From Deltaproteobacteria bacterium (lineage in GTDB: Bacteria > UBA10199 > JADGCS01): 64,000 nucleotides of DNA. The position numbers and the translations under genes were made by a program. Below the pieces are notes generated by a model. The model was not told the origin of the DNA, did not search any database, and was given only the letters and a program-made list of their open reading frames with translations. Positions 9,244-19,213 of this stretch are shown piece by piece. The stretch lies in contig JADGCS010000003.1 in NCBI GenBank assembly GCA_015228875.1, positions 20,473-84,472 of the forward strand, written 5' to 3'. The first letter of the stretch is position 1. Each line of letters starts with the position of its first letter.

Positions 9244-10191
9244 ATGCAAAAAATTCTACTTATTGAAGACAACGTACTGGTCAGGGCCTTTCTAAAAGAA
9301 CTCCTGCTCAACGAGGGCTATCAGGTATCCATCGCAACTGACATGGCCCTGGGGGTGCAAAAAGCCCAACTCATCGAACCGGATCTTATCCTGGTGGATA
9401 TTTCTCACCCAAAGATAGAAGACAGGGAAATATCACCGGTGCTCCGTCAACACGAAAAAACACACTCCATCCCCATGATCATGATCACAGACCCGGATGA
9501 GGACAATCAACAAATGAGAGAACTCAAATCAAAGGCAGACGAGATTATCATCAGACCCTTTGATGAAAAAGAACTCCTTGCAAAAGTAGCCACCTTCATC
9601 AAAAAGGAAAATGATGATGATGAGATGGAAAACATGACCGATGTACTTTCTGTGCTGATCTCCATTATTGATGCCAGAGACTCCTACACACGAAGACACA
9701 GCAGGAGGGTCAAAAATATCTCCCTGCGCATCGGTGAAAAACTCTCTTTGTCAACACACCAATTGTCCATCTTAAAAAAGGCATCAGAACTGCACGACAT
9801 CGGCAAAATAGGCATCTGCGACTTTGTCCTCAACAAAAAAGGCAGACTGACCAAAGAAGAATTCGAGTCCATCAAAGAACATTCCACGATTGGCGAAAGA
9901 CTCTGCACCCCTTTAAAATCGTTAAGCCCTATCCTGAAAATCATAAGACACCACCATGAACGCTATGATGGGCAGGGATATCCCGATGGGCTTAAAAAAG
10001 AGACCATCCCGCTTGAGGCGAGGATCATTGCTGTTGCCGACAGTTACGATGCCATGTCGTCAGACAGGCCCTATCGGTCAAAATTGTCCACGCAAAAAAT
10101 CAAAAGTGAGTTCCTTGCGGGAAGGGGCTCGCAATGGGATGATAAAATTGTTGATTGTTTCCTCGACATCCTCAACTCTGAGAACCTGTAA
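9244..10191 (+). CDS. response regulator with HD-GYP domain (putative c-di-GMP phosphodiesterase)
   Basis: ATG 9244 preceded by AGGGA; receiver domain (ILLIEDNVLV...LILVDISHP..) then HD-GYP (HDIGKIGI...HHERYDGQGYPDGL). ORF-track start at 9154 is an artefact of the open frame through repeat R1. Confidence 0.8.
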   Translation: MQKILLIEDNVLVRAFLKELLLNEGYQVSIATDMALGVQKAQLIEPDLILVDISHPKIEDREISPVLRQHEKTHSIPMIMITDPDEDNQQMRELKSKADEIIIRPFDEKELLAKVATFIKKENDDDEMENMTDVLSVLISIIDARDSYTRRHSRRVKNISLRIGEKLSLSTHQLSILKKASELHDIGKIGICDFVLNKKGRLTKEEFESIKEHSTIGERLCTPLKSLSPILKIIRHHHERYDGQGYPDGLKKETIPLEARIIAVADSYDAMSSDRPYRSKLSTQKIKSEFLAGRGSQWDDKIVDCFLDILNSENL

Positions 10192-10279
10192 AGAGCAGGT
10201 TGAGTCCTTTTTTTTCTGGACCATTTTCTTAAATTTCCCGTTTGCCTGATAGACCCTTTTTGTGGCATTACCTGTCGCC

Positions 10280-11113
10280 ATGAACCAAATCACCCTTAAA
10301 AAACAGCTTTCAACCGATGTCTTTTTAATGAAGGTGCGCGCCCCCCTCATTGCCGAAGAGCGCAAGGCCGGCCAGTTTATCATGCTGCAGGTCGATGACG
10401 ACTTTGGCGAACGCATCCCCCTCACCATTGCCGACGCATCCGAAAAAGACGGCACCATCACGCTGATCTTTCAGGTTGTTGGAAAAACAACCAGCGACCT
10501 CGCCGCCCTGAGCGAGGGAGAGGCCATCCCCAGCGTTGTCGGGCCGCTGGGCAAACCCACTCACATCGAAAAATTCGGCACCGTTGTCTGTGTGGGTGGA
10601 GGCATTGGCGTTGCCCCCCTGCACCCGATCGCTCAGGCCTTAAAAAAGGCAGGCAACCATGTCATCACCATCATCGGGGCACGAACAAAAAACCTGCTCA
10701 TCCTCGAGGACGAGATGAGGGCCATTGCCGATGAGTTTATCGTCTGTACGGACGATGGTTCCTACGGCAGAAAAGCGCTTGTTACTGTTCCTCTCAAAGA
10801 GGTCTGCGAAAAAAACCCCAAGCCGGCAATGGCCATCGCCATTGGTCCTCCTGTCATGATGAAATTCTGTGCCGAGACCACCCGCCCCTACAAGGTTTTC
10901 ACACAGGTCTCACTTAACACAATCATGGTCGATGGCACGGGGATGTGCGGCGGGTGCCGCGTCAATGTCGGAGACAAAGTCAAGTTTGTCTGTGTCGACG
11001 GACCTGAGTTTGACGGACACCTTGTTGATTTCGACAACATGATCTCGCGGCTGTCATCGTACAAAGATATCGAGACCAAAAAACACCGGTGCAAATTGGA
11101 GGGCTGCAAATGA
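10280..11113 (+). CDS. NfnA/SudB-like FAD/[2Fe-2S] oxidoreductase subunit (sulfide dehydrogenase / ferredoxin-NADP+ reductase small subunit, PyrK-like)
   Basis: ATG 10280 (ORF track begins at upstream GTG); PyrK-like fold motifs, C-terminal cluster CGGCRV...C; ATGA overlap with downstream gene. Confidence 0.7.
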   Translation: MNQITLKKQLSTDVFLMKVRAPLIAEERKAGQFIMLQVDDDFGERIPLTIADASEKDGTITLIFQVVGKTTSDLAALSEGEAIPSVVGPLGKPTHIEKFGTVVCVGGGIGVAPLHPIAQALKKAGNHVITIIGARTKNLLILEDEMRAIADEFIVCTDDGSYGRKALVTVPLKEVCEKNPKPAMAIAIGPPVMMKFCAETTRPYKVFTQVSLNTIMVDGTGMCGGCRVNVGDKVKFVCVDGPEFDGHLVDFDNMISRLSSYKDIETKKHRCKLEGCK

Positions 11114-12609
11114 ATCACAAAACAGAAACAGAGCTGCACAATCAGGCAGTAAAAGACCTGGCAGAGGTCCTGCCCAAAATCGCGCAATACAAGGCCAAAG
11201 ACCGCCTCAAAATCCCCGCACAAGACATGCCCTGTCAGGACCCCGTGGTGCGCCGATCCAATCTTAACGAAGTCGCCCTTGGCTACACACTCGAACAGGC
11301 AAGACTAGAGGCCATGCGGTGCATTCAGTGCAAAAACAAGCCCTGCATCGCCGGCTGTCCCGTCGAGATCGACATCCCTCGTTTTGTTCAACACGTTGCC
11401 GAGGGTGATATACAAAAGGCCATCGACGCCATAAAAGAGTTCAGCCTCTTACCCGCGATCTGCGGCCGTGTCTGCCCACAGGAAACACAGTGCCAACTCA
11501 CCTGCACAACAGGCAAGTCTCTCAAAGATATAGATAAGGCCGTGGCCATCGGCCGGCTCGAAAGGTTTGTTGCGGACTGGGAAAGGACCCAGGGGACCAT
11601 CAAGGCCCCATTGGTCAAGACCGAGACCGGCAGAAAAGTCGCTGTGGTCGGCAGCGGCCCGGCGGGGCTCGTCGTTGCGGCCGATGTCAGACGCGAGGGC
11701 CACAAGGTGGTCCTGTTCGAGGCCTTTCACAAGACCGGCGGCGTGATGCGCTACGGGATCCCGGAGTTCAGGCTCCCCAACGAGATCGTCGACCAGGAAA
11801 TCGACACCCTTAAAAAAATGGGGGTCGAGATCAAAACAAACTTTGTGGTGGGCCGCACACGCAAACTCACCGATCTTTTAGATAAAGACGGATTCGACGC
11901 CGTCTTTGTCGGCACCGGTGCGGGTCTCCCGATGTTTATGGGTATTGAGGGCGAAAACCTCATCGGTGTTTTTTCGGCAAACGAGTACCTCACACGCGCC
12001 AATCTCATGCGCGCCTTTGACCGCGACAATGCAGACACACCCATGTATTATTCAAAATATGTGGCCGTGCTTGGTGGCGGCAATGTCGCTATGGATGCGG
12101 CCCGCATGGCAAAGCGCCTTGGCGCAAAAGAGGTGTACGTCGTTTACCGCCGCACCGAGGTCGAGATGCCGGCCCGAAAAGAAGAGGTCGCCCACGCCAA
12201 AGAAGAAGGCATCCATTTTTATTTTTTGCAAAATGCCAAGCGCATTTTAGGTGACGACAAAGGGCGCGTCAGGGCCATGGAGTGCCTGCGCTACGAACTT
12301 GGTGAGCCCGACAGCTCGGGGCGCCGCCGCCCGGTTGTGATCGAGGGCAGCGAGTTTACCCTCGATGTCGACACCGTCATTGTGGCCATCGGCAATGGCA
12401 GCAACCCGCTGATCGGCCAGACCACGCCCAATCTCAATGTCAATAAATGGGGCAACATCATTGTCGACAAAGAGACCCAAAAGACAAATATCAACCGCAT
12501 CTATGCGGGCGGTGATATCGTGCTGGGTGCGGCCACAGTTATTCTCGCCATGGGCGAAGGCCGCCGCGCCGCGGCCGCCATCAACAAACTGCTGGCAGGT
12601 GCGGGGTAA
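11110..12609 (+). CDS. NfnB/SudA/GltD-like NADPH-dependent glutamate-synthase-small-subunit family oxidoreductase
   Basis: ATG at 11110 overlapping upstream TGA (ATGA); N-terminal [4Fe-4S] motifs CIQCKNKPCIAGCPV and CGRVCPQETQC; dinucleotide folds VAVVGSGPAGL and VAVLGGGNVAMDAA. Confidence 0.75.
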   Translation: MNHKTETELHNQAVKDLAEVLPKIAQYKAKDRLKIPAQDMPCQDPVVRRSNLNEVALGYTLEQARLEAMRCIQCKNKPCIAGCPVEIDIPRFVQHVAEGDIQKAIDAIKEFSLLPAICGRVCPQETQCQLTCTTGKSLKDIDKAVAIGRLERFVADWERTQGTIKAPLVKTETGRKVAVVGSGPAGLVVAADVRREGHKVVLFEAFHKTGGVMRYGIPEFRLPNEIVDQEIDTLKKMGVEIKTNFVVGRTRKLTDLLDKDGFDAVFVGTGAGLPMFMGIEGENLIGVFSANEYLTRANLMRAFDRDNADTPMYYSKYVAVLGGGNVAMDAARMAKRLGAKEVYVVYRRTEVEMPARKEEVAHAKEEGIHFYFLQNAKRILGDDKGRVRAMECLRYELGEPDSSGRRRPVVIEGSEFTLDVDTVIVAIGNGSNPLIGQTTPNLNVNKWGNIIVDKETQKTNINRIYAGGDIVLGAATVILAMGEGRRAAAAINKLLAGAG

Positions 12610-12635
12610 AGGCATCAACCCACAAAACGCATTTT

Positions 12636-12650
12636 CAAGTTAGTAACTTG
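12636..12650. repeat. 15-bp palindrome CAAGTTAGTAACTTG (R2 core) between convergent nfnB and mfd, overlapping mfd stop codon; flanked by GGCATCAA/TTGATGCC arms
   Basis: Perfect palindrome; same 15-mer (C/G centre) recurs at 36244, 46236, 46359. Confidence 0.7.
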
Positions 12651-15600
12651 ATGCCGCTGCGGCCTCAAATTTTTCAAGAAGCTCTATCACATATTCCAAT
12701 AATCGCTTGTCCGTATCAAGCCCGTGCTTGATCACCAATCGTCCATCGCGGGTGATAGAGAATTTTTTGGGATTCTTTTTGACAGCGCTTATAAAAATAC
12801 CCGTATCAATGGTGTGATTTTGATGAAACCCAAAAATCAGATTCTCGGAAACAGCCTTGATCTCGGAGACCAGAATCTTTTTGCAGTGGATTTTTACCTT
12901 GATGAGTTCGATGAGGTTCACCACCTCGTCCGGAAGAACACCAAAGCGGTCCTCCCACTCGCTGCGCAGCGCGGCCACATCGTCCAAGGCCTCACAGGAG
13001 CTCACCTGCTTGTAGAGAACAAGCCTGAGCTGCTGATCCATGATAAAATCGTCGGGGATTCTTGCTGCAATATTAAGGACAATCTCCGGCTCAAAGTCCT
13101 CGGGCAGCGCCGTGTTCTGCAGCTCATTAACCGCCTGCTGCAGAAGATGAACATAGAGATCGTAGCCGATCGCCGCAATATGTCCCGATTGTTCCTCGCC
13201 AAGGATATTGCCCGCCCCCCTGATTTCAAGATCCCGCGAGGCCACCTTAAACCCGCTCCCAAGTTCGGTAAAACGCTGAATGGCAGCCAGGCGTTTTTTT
13301 GCCTTCTCTGTGATCAGGCTCTCCTGAGGGATCACGAGATAACAGTAAGCCTGCCGCGAACTGCGCCCCACACGGCCCCGCAGTTGATACAGCTGAGCAA
13401 GCCCCAGACCATCGGCGCGGTTAATAATCATCGTGTTGGCATTGGGGATATCAAGCCCCGACTCGATGATGGTGGTGCAGACCAGAACATCAAACTTGTG
13501 ATTCATAAAATCGATCATGATTTCTTCGAGGTCCCCCTCGGCCATCTGCCCGTGCGCATGACGGCAGCGCGCCTCGGGGACAAGTTTGGCGATCTGCGCA
13601 GTCATTTTTTCGATTGAACGTACCCTGTTATGCACAAAATACACCTGTCCCCCGCGCCGCACCTCCTTTAATAGGGCATCGCGGATCGTGATCTCGTCAA
13701 AATAACAGGTGTAGGTCCTCACAGCAAGCCTGTCCACCGGCGGGGTGTTGATGATCGAGAGATCACGAATACCATTAAGGGCAAAATTTAAAGTGCGCGG
13801 TATCGGCGTTGCGGTCAGTGTGATCACATCGACAAGGCTTTTGATTTTTTTTATCTGCTCCTTGTGCGTCACACCAAAGCGATGTTCCTCATCGATGACC
13901 AGAAGTCCCAGATTGGTAAACTGCACATCCTTTGACAGGAGCCTGTGTGTCCCCACAAGAATATCGATACCGCCGGACTTTGTGAGACGAATCACATCCT
14001 GCTGTTCCTTTAATGAACGGAATCGCGAGAGAAGCCCCACCCTGACGGGATAATTTTTGAGACGTTCGGAAAAAGTGGCATGATGCTGAAAGGCAAGCAC
14101 TGTTGTCGGCACAAGAATCGCCACCTGTTTGTGATCACACACAGCCTTGTAGGCCGCACGCAGGGCGACTTCGGTCTTGCCATAGCCCACATCGCCGCAG
14201 ACAAGGCGATCCATCGGACGGTCTTTTTCCATGTCCTTGAGGACATCTTCGATCGTCGAGAGTTGGTCTGGTGTCTCTTCGAATTCAAATCCCGAGGCAA
14301 ACTCCTCTACCATCTCGGTGTTGGGATTAAAGGCATGACCTTTGAGCGACTCCCGCTTTGCCTGCAGGACAAGCAGTTCTTTGGCGAGTTTGCGGGCTGC
14401 CCGTTTTGCCTTTATCTTGGTCTTGATCCAGGTTTTGCCGCCCAGCTTGTCAATCTGCGGTGTGACGCCTTCTTCTGCAAAAAATCTCTGTACACGGTTA
14501 AGTTTGTCAACAGGCACATAGAGCCGGTCTCCGCCCAGATACTCAAGCAGCATGAAATCGTTTTTGTGAATATCAAAGTCAAGTTTGACAAGGCCGTTGT
14601 ATATCCCCACACCGTGATCCATGTGAATGATATAATCACCCTCGGCAAGATCGGAAAATGAGCTAAAAACCACCGTCCTGTTTTTTTGGCTTACCGCCCT
14701 TTTTGTTTTTTTGCCAAAGACCTCTTCGTCGGTGAGCCACCACTCCCTGTCCCCATGAGAAATAAACCCCTCGTGAATCTCTCCCACCATCAGCGTGATC
14801 AGCCGCTCATGACCCGCAAATGCGCCAAAATCAACACTGGGGGCTGGGGGATCAGTGCTCATGGCTGAGAACTCAGGACCGGGGGCTCTTAAAGGCAGGT
14901 CAAATCTCTTTAACAGGTCCCGCATCCTCTCCCTCTGTACTTCATTTCTGCAGACAATAAAACACGAGTACCCCTCAAGCCTTTTTTGGTTGAGTTCTCC
15001 GGCCAGAGGGGCAAGATTATGAACCTGTGTAATCTTGGCCAGTATTTTTGTTTTTATGAACAGGTTGGATTCTGTCTGGCCATCAATCTCATGAGAACCT
15101 GGGTAGGTTTTTGTTACGCGTTCCGGCATCAATTTCTGCACGGTGTCCGCTCGCGTAGTGTTTGCCGCTTTATGCGGGGTCTGAAGGGAGGTCTGCCCCC
15201 CCACAAAATCCCGATAAAGGCAGGTAAACGCCGCAAGATGTTTCTCGGCCTCGATGGGTGTTAAAAAAATCTCCTGCGGGGCGAAGATGCTTTCGATGTG
15301 TTCGGATTCTTCATGATGGCCGGCAAGGTCTTCGAGGATCTGCAGGCAAGTGCTGCCAAAACGGTTGTCAAGATCAAGTGCTATGACTGTGTCACGCGAA
15401 AGATAATCAAAAAAACTCCCTGTCTCATTGTAAAAAAGTGGTAAAAAAAATTCGATCCCGCGAAAATATATTTTGTTCTGCACAAACTCTTCGATCTGAT
15501 CCCTCTTATCCTTTGTAATTTGCCTTTCGTCTGCCCGTTTTTTTAAACAGGTCTTCCATCCCTCGTTGATGAGAGGGCTGGCGATACCTATTTCTGCTAC

Positions 15601-16302
15601 GTCTGCTGGTGATGGCTCGAGGCTTGTTGTCTTTTGTTTCAGGTAATTGAGAAAGATCTCGCGGGCCGGAATGAGCTTGACCTCAGACACTGCCTCCTTT
15701 GTGCGCTGCGTGGATGGCTCAAAGAACCGGATATTTTCCACCTCGATATCAAAAAGGTTGATGCGCACAGGGTCCGCATACTGCGGGCTGAAGACATCGA
15801 TGATATCCCCTCTCACCGCAAACTGTCCGGGATCTTCCACAAGGGCATTTCTCTCATAACCCATCACCACAAGTTTGTTAATCAGCTCCGTGCGATCGAC
15901 GAGATCCTTTTTGGCAATAACCATCACAAGGCTCTCAAACACAGCTTTTGGCAAAACCCTTCGCAGCAGGGCCTTTGCAGGTGCAATAACAAAATCGGCC
16001 TTGCCCTTTGACAGGAGATAAAGCACTTCGAGATTTTTAAGCATCACCCTGTGGTGAGGCGACAAACCGTAGTAGGGCATGACGTCGTAGGCAGGCAGGC
16101 AGTGTGTGGTTGTGCTACCAGAGAAAAAACAAATCTCGTCCCGTATTTGTTCGGCCTTTTTCTGGTCATCAACGATCAGAAGAATGGGTCTCTTGGTCTG
16201 CCGGTGAGCCGCAGCAAGGGCCTGCGCAAACCCCGCCCCATAGAATCCCTTAAGCAGGACCTCTTTGTTTTGAGACAAGACATGGCGAAGGTCTGATTTC
16301 AT
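12640..16302 (-). CDS. mfd: transcription-repair coupling factor Mfd, carrying an in-frame ~30-aa insertion from repeat R1
   Basis: 1220 aa; N-term UvrB-homology region, RNAP-interaction domain (GDYIIHMDHGVGIY), superfamily-2 helicase motifs (LVCGDVGYGKTEVA Walker A; LVIDEEHRFGV), C-terminal D7. R1 copy 3 lies inside the ORF with frame preserved (…SLQTPHKAANTTRADTVQKLMPERVTKTYPGSHEIDGQ…). Confidence 0.85.
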   Translation of the reverse strand: MKSDLRHVLSQNKEVLLKGFYGAGFAQALAAAHRQTKRPILLIVDDQKKAEQIRDEICFFSGSTTTHCLPAYDVMPYYGLSPHHRVMLKNLEVLYLLSKGKADFVIAPAKALLRRVLPKAVFESLVMVIAKKDLVDRTELINKLVVMGYERNALVEDPGQFAVRGDIIDVFSPQYADPVRINLFDIEVENIRFFEPSTQRTKEAVSEVKLIPAREIFLNYLKQKTTSLEPSPADVAEIGIASPLINEGWKTCLKKRADERQITKDKRDQIEEFVQNKIYFRGIEFFLPLFYNETGSFFDYLSRDTVIALDLDNRFGSTCLQILEDLAGHHEESEHIESIFAPQEIFLTPIEAEKHLAAFTCLYRDFVGGQTSLQTPHKAANTTRADTVQKLMPERVTKTYPGSHEIDGQTESNLFIKTKILAKITQVHNLAPLAGELNQKRLEGYSCFIVCRNEVQRERMRDLLKRFDLPLRAPGPEFSAMSTDPPAPSVDFGAFAGHERLITLMVGEIHEGFISHGDREWWLTDEEVFGKKTKRAVSQKNRTVVFSSFSDLAEGDYIIHMDHGVGIYNGLVKLDFDIHKNDFMLLEYLGGDRLYVPVDKLNRVQRFFAEEGVTPQIDKLGGKTWIKTKIKAKRAARKLAKELLVLQAKRESLKGHAFNPNTEMVEEFASGFEFEETPDQLSTIEDVLKDMEKDRPMDRLVCGDVGYGKTEVALRAAYKAVCDHKQVAILVPTTVLAFQHHATFSERLKNYPVRVGLLSRFRSLKEQQDVIRLTKSGGIDILVGTHRLLSKDVQFTNLGLLVIDEEHRFGVTHKEQIKKIKSLVDVITLTATPIPRTLNFALNGIRDLSIINTPPVDRLAVRTYTCYFDEITIRDALLKEVRRGGQVYFVHNRVRSIEKMTAQIAKLVPEARCRHAHGQMAEGDLEEIMIDFMNHKFDVLVCTTIIESGLDIPNANTMIINRADGLGLAQLYQLRGRVGRSSRQAYCYLVIPQESLITEKAKKRLAAIQRFTELGSGFKVASRDLEIRGAGNILGEEQSGHIAAIGYDLYVHLLQQAVNELQNTALPEDFEPEIVLNIAARIPDDFIMDQQLRLVLYKQVSSCEALDDVAALRSEWEDRFGVLPDEVVNLIELIKVKIHCKKILVSEIKAVSENLIFGFHQNHTIDTGIFISAVKKNPKKFSITRDGRLVIKHGLDTDKRLLEYVIELLEKFEAAAASSY
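15095..15180 (-). repeat. R1 repeat, copy 3, inserted in-frame within mfd
   Basis: GAACCTGGGTAGGTTTTTGTTACGCGTTCCGGCATCAATTTCTGCACGGTGTCCGCTCGCGTAGTGTTTGCCGCTTTATGCGGGGT; no stop codons in the mfd frame. Confidence 0.8.
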
Positions 16303-16413
16303 TTCGTGACACGGGTAGAAAGCACATTTTTACACGGTTTTCAACTGGCACAAAAAACAAAAAAATTGATGTATCAACCCTGCCCGACTATATTGTGACC
16401 CGACAGTTTCCTG

Positions 16414-18735
16414 ATGATACAAACCAAAATGCGTGCAAAACTTAAACCGCAAAACGTCCTTGCCCCTGCAGGCCTTCTGGTCATTTTGTCCCTTGTGGCC
16501 CTGCTTTATTCTCAATCTCTTTCCAACCCCCTCTCCTTTGACTCAGAAAAAATCCTCGATCTCAAATTTGGACAGGATTTCTTTAAAAACCTCTCCTTTC
16601 TTAACCTGCGCTGGGTCTCTTATTTAAGTTTTTCGCTCATCAACAAACTCACAGTCAGCAGTCTCTCTTGCCAGCACGCCTTTAATATTATTATTCACGC
16701 GGCGAATATCCTTCTCATCTTTGTCCTGCTTAAATCCTTTTTGACACATGTTATCCATAACCCGCATAAAGCGGAGTGCATTGCGATCAAACATGAAGGG
16801 TTTCATGTTTGGCGCTATGCGCCAGATACTACGCGGGCGGACACCATGCAAAAATTGATCCCGAAACGCGTAGAAAAAACCTTCCAAGGTTCCAAAGAAA
16901 CACGTAACAATCCAATGCCCGTTTTATATGCATTGGCGGGCTGCCTTTTTTTTGGGATCAACCCGGCCGCAGTATACGGCGTCGCCTACCTCGTCCAGCG
17001 TTCCATTCTGCTCGCCACCTTCTTTTCGCTCTTGACACTCATGGCCTACCTTAAGGGTTTGTCGGGCAGCAGAAAAATATACCTCTGTCTCTCTGTGGTC
17101 TTTTATTTTCTTGCCATCCACTCCAAGGAACACGCGATCATGATCCCCTGCGTGCTGCTTGTCCTGACTGCTTTATTTTACAAAATCGACAGCGCATTTC
17201 TTAAAAAATCGGGGTGGGTCTATGTATTTTACGCGGCCGTTGCCATCGATATAATCCTACGGACAAAAGGCATTATAGGAACTACCTACGAACCCCACAT
17301 CAGATTTGTCTTTGAAACAGGGACCACGGAGTCCGCAGGGGTCTTGTCGGGCGTTGATCAAAACCATCTGTATCCGCTCAGCATTATCAATCAGGGGGCC
17401 CTTTTCTTCCGTTATTTGTTTTTGTTTTTTGTTCCCTATACCCGCGGGATGTCCATTGATATTCATCTTTCATTCCCAAAACACTTTATCGCGTGGCCAG
17501 AGACATGCGGTTTTTTGCTGTTTGTTCTTGTGCCTGTTTTTTGTGTTTTTGTGGCCCGAAAAAACACGGCGTGGAAAATGCTCGCCCTCTCACTTCTTTA
17601 TCCGTGGACCCTCTTCTTGACAGAGTTGGCTGTCGTACGAATCACGGAGCCCTTTGTCCTTTACAGGGCCTATATCTGGATGAGCGGGGTCGTCTTTCTC
17701 TTTGCGGCCCTTGCGTTGACAAGACATGCAAAAAAAATCCTGTGTTTGTTATTTTTATATACTGTGCCGCTTTTTTTCTTTGCCCACGAAAGGCTCTCCA
17801 CCTTCACAACACTTTCCAGGTTGTGGCAGGATGCCGTAATCAAGCTGCCATCAGACGATGTCCCCGGAAGTTACAGGCCCTACAACAGCCTGGGCTACGC
17901 ACTGTTGCTGGAGGGAAGGCCGGAAGAGGCCCTGATACCGATAAAAAAATCCATCACCATTGCCCCCGACTACCCGATGGCTCACTACAATCTCGCTTGG
18001 GGACTCGAAAAAATGGGAGACCTCAAGGGGTCTATCCTTCACTATAAAGAAGCCATCACCTATCAGCCCAATTATCTCGACGCCCGCGTAAATCTTGGCG
18101 CCCTGCTCATCCAGACGCAAGAATATCAAGAGGCCTTTACCCATTTGGCCATAGCAGAACAAATCAATCCCGAGTCACAAATGGTCCTTAATAACCTTGG
18201 CGGCCTGTATTACAAACTTAATCAATGGGAAAAAGCGATGGCCTATTTTAAAAAGGTACTGTCGATCGATCCCAATCATGCCATTGCTTACAACAACACA
18301 GGCCTGGCCCTGACCAACCTTGACAAAAAGACAGAGGCCCTTGATTACTATCTCAAGGCAGTCGCGCTCGACCCCGGCTTTATTGATGCCTACGCCAATC
18401 TCGGAAAGTATTATTTCGATAGTGGCGATCTTGACACAGCCACGACCCACTATAAAAAAACAATCGAACTCAACCCAAAATACGTGCATGGGTACTTTAT
18501 GCTGGGATACATTGCCTTTACAAGAGGCAAAACCAGTGAGGCACTCGCCCTGTTTGAGCGTGTCACGACCCTTAAGCCCGATCACCACGACGCTTATTAC
18601 AACATGGGGTTGATCCTGATGGGGCTTAAAAAGGACAAAGAGGCCCTGTTTTATCTGGACAGGGCGCTCACGCTTGACCCTGAAGATCAAGACGCAAAAG
18701 AGGCCATTATAGAATTAAAAACACGGGCACAATAA
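16414..18735 (+). CDS. multi-pass membrane protein with C-terminal TPR repeats (TMTC/O-mannosyltransferase-like architecture), carrying in-frame R1 insertion
   Basis: 773 aa; N-terminal TM helices, C-terminal TPR array (AHYNLAWGLEKMGDLKGSILHYKEAITYQPNYLDARVNLGALL...). R1 copy 4 is translated in-frame (NPHKAECIAIKHEGFHVWRYAPDTTRADTMQKLIPKRVEKTFQGSKE). Confidence 0.65.
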   Translation: MIQTKMRAKLKPQNVLAPAGLLVILSLVALLYSQSLSNPLSFDSEKILDLKFGQDFFKNLSFLNLRWVSYLSFSLINKLTVSSLSCQHAFNIIIHAANILLIFVLLKSFLTHVIHNPHKAECIAIKHEGFHVWRYAPDTTRADTMQKLIPKRVEKTFQGSKETRNNPMPVLYALAGCLFFGINPAAVYGVAYLVQRSILLATFFSLLTLMAYLKGLSGSRKIYLCLSVVFYFLAIHSKEHAIMIPCVLLVLTALFYKIDSAFLKKSGWVYVFYAAVAIDIILRTKGIIGTTYEPHIRFVFETGTTESAGVLSGVDQNHLYPLSIINQGALFFRYLFLFFVPYTRGMSIDIHLSFPKHFIAWPETCGFLLFVLVPVFCVFVARKNTAWKMLALSLLYPWTLFLTELAVVRITEPFVLYRAYIWMSGVVFLFAALALTRHAKKILCLLFLYTVPLFFFAHERLSTFTTLSRLWQDAVIKLPSDDVPGSYRPYNSLGYALLLEGRPEEALIPIKKSITIAPDYPMAHYNLAWGLEKMGDLKGSILHYKEAITYQPNYLDARVNLGALLIQTQEYQEAFTHLAIAEQINPESQMVLNNLGGLYYKLNQWEKAMAYFKKVLSIDPNHAIAYNNTGLALTNLDKKTEALDYYLKAVALDPGFIDAYANLGKYYFDSGDLDTATTHYKKTIELNPKYVHGYFMLGYIAFTRGKTSEALALFERVTTLKPDHHDAYYNMGLILMGLKKDKEALFYLDRALTLDPEDQDAKEAIIELKTRAQ
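16756..16892 (+). repeat. R1 repeat, copy 4 (orientation A) with nested 48-bp insertion, located in-frame inside the TPR membrane-protein gene
   Basis: CATAACCCGCATAAAGCGGA[GTGCATTGCGATCAAACATGAAGGGTTTCATGTTTGGCGCTATGCGCCAG]ATACTACGCGGGCGGACACCATGCAAAAATTGATCCCGAAACGCGTAGAAAAAACCTTCCAAGGTTCC; insert contains perfect hairpin AAACATGAA-GGGT-TTCATGTTT. Confidence 0.8.
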
Positions 18736-18806
18736 GAGAAACTCTTTCAAAACCGGCGTTGTTTTTAAGAGAGACGTCTCCCATCACACCGGTTGCAAAA
18801 GGCACC

Positions 18807-19148
18807 ATGACCACACCCATTATCAGTATCAGCCTGCTCCTCATCTCCAATATATTTATGACCCTCGCATGGTACGGCCACCTTAAATATAAAAACACCT
18901 CTCTGGTTTGGGTCATCCTGATCAGTTGGGGGATCGCTTTTTTTGAGTACTGCCTGCAGGTCCCTGCAAACCGCATCGGCCACGGGTATTTTTCTGCGGT
19001 GCAGTTAAAGACAATACAGGAGATCATCACACTGGTTGTCTTTGCGGTGTTTTCTGTGATTTATTTAAATGAAGCCATCAAATGGAATCACTTGATCGGT
19101 TTTCTGTTTCTCGTAGCGGCCGGTTTTTTTATTTTTAAAAAATGGTAG
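18807..19148 (+). CDS. small DMT-superfamily membrane protein (DUF486-like)
   Basis: 113 aa from ATG 18807; four predicted TM helices; GIAFFEYCLQVPANRIGHGYFSAVQLKTIQE matches DMT/DUF486 family. Confidence 0.55.
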   Translation: MTTPIISISLLLISNIFMTLAWYGHLKYKNTSLVWVILISWGIAFFEYCLQVPANRIGHGYFSAVQLKTIQEIITLVVFAVFSVIYLNEAIKWNHLIGFLFLVAAGFFIFKKW

Positions 19149-19213
19149 TGGAATACCCATGAATTTCAATCTTCTGTTTGATCATGGACGCAAAACACAT
19201 TAGTAAAAAAAAC

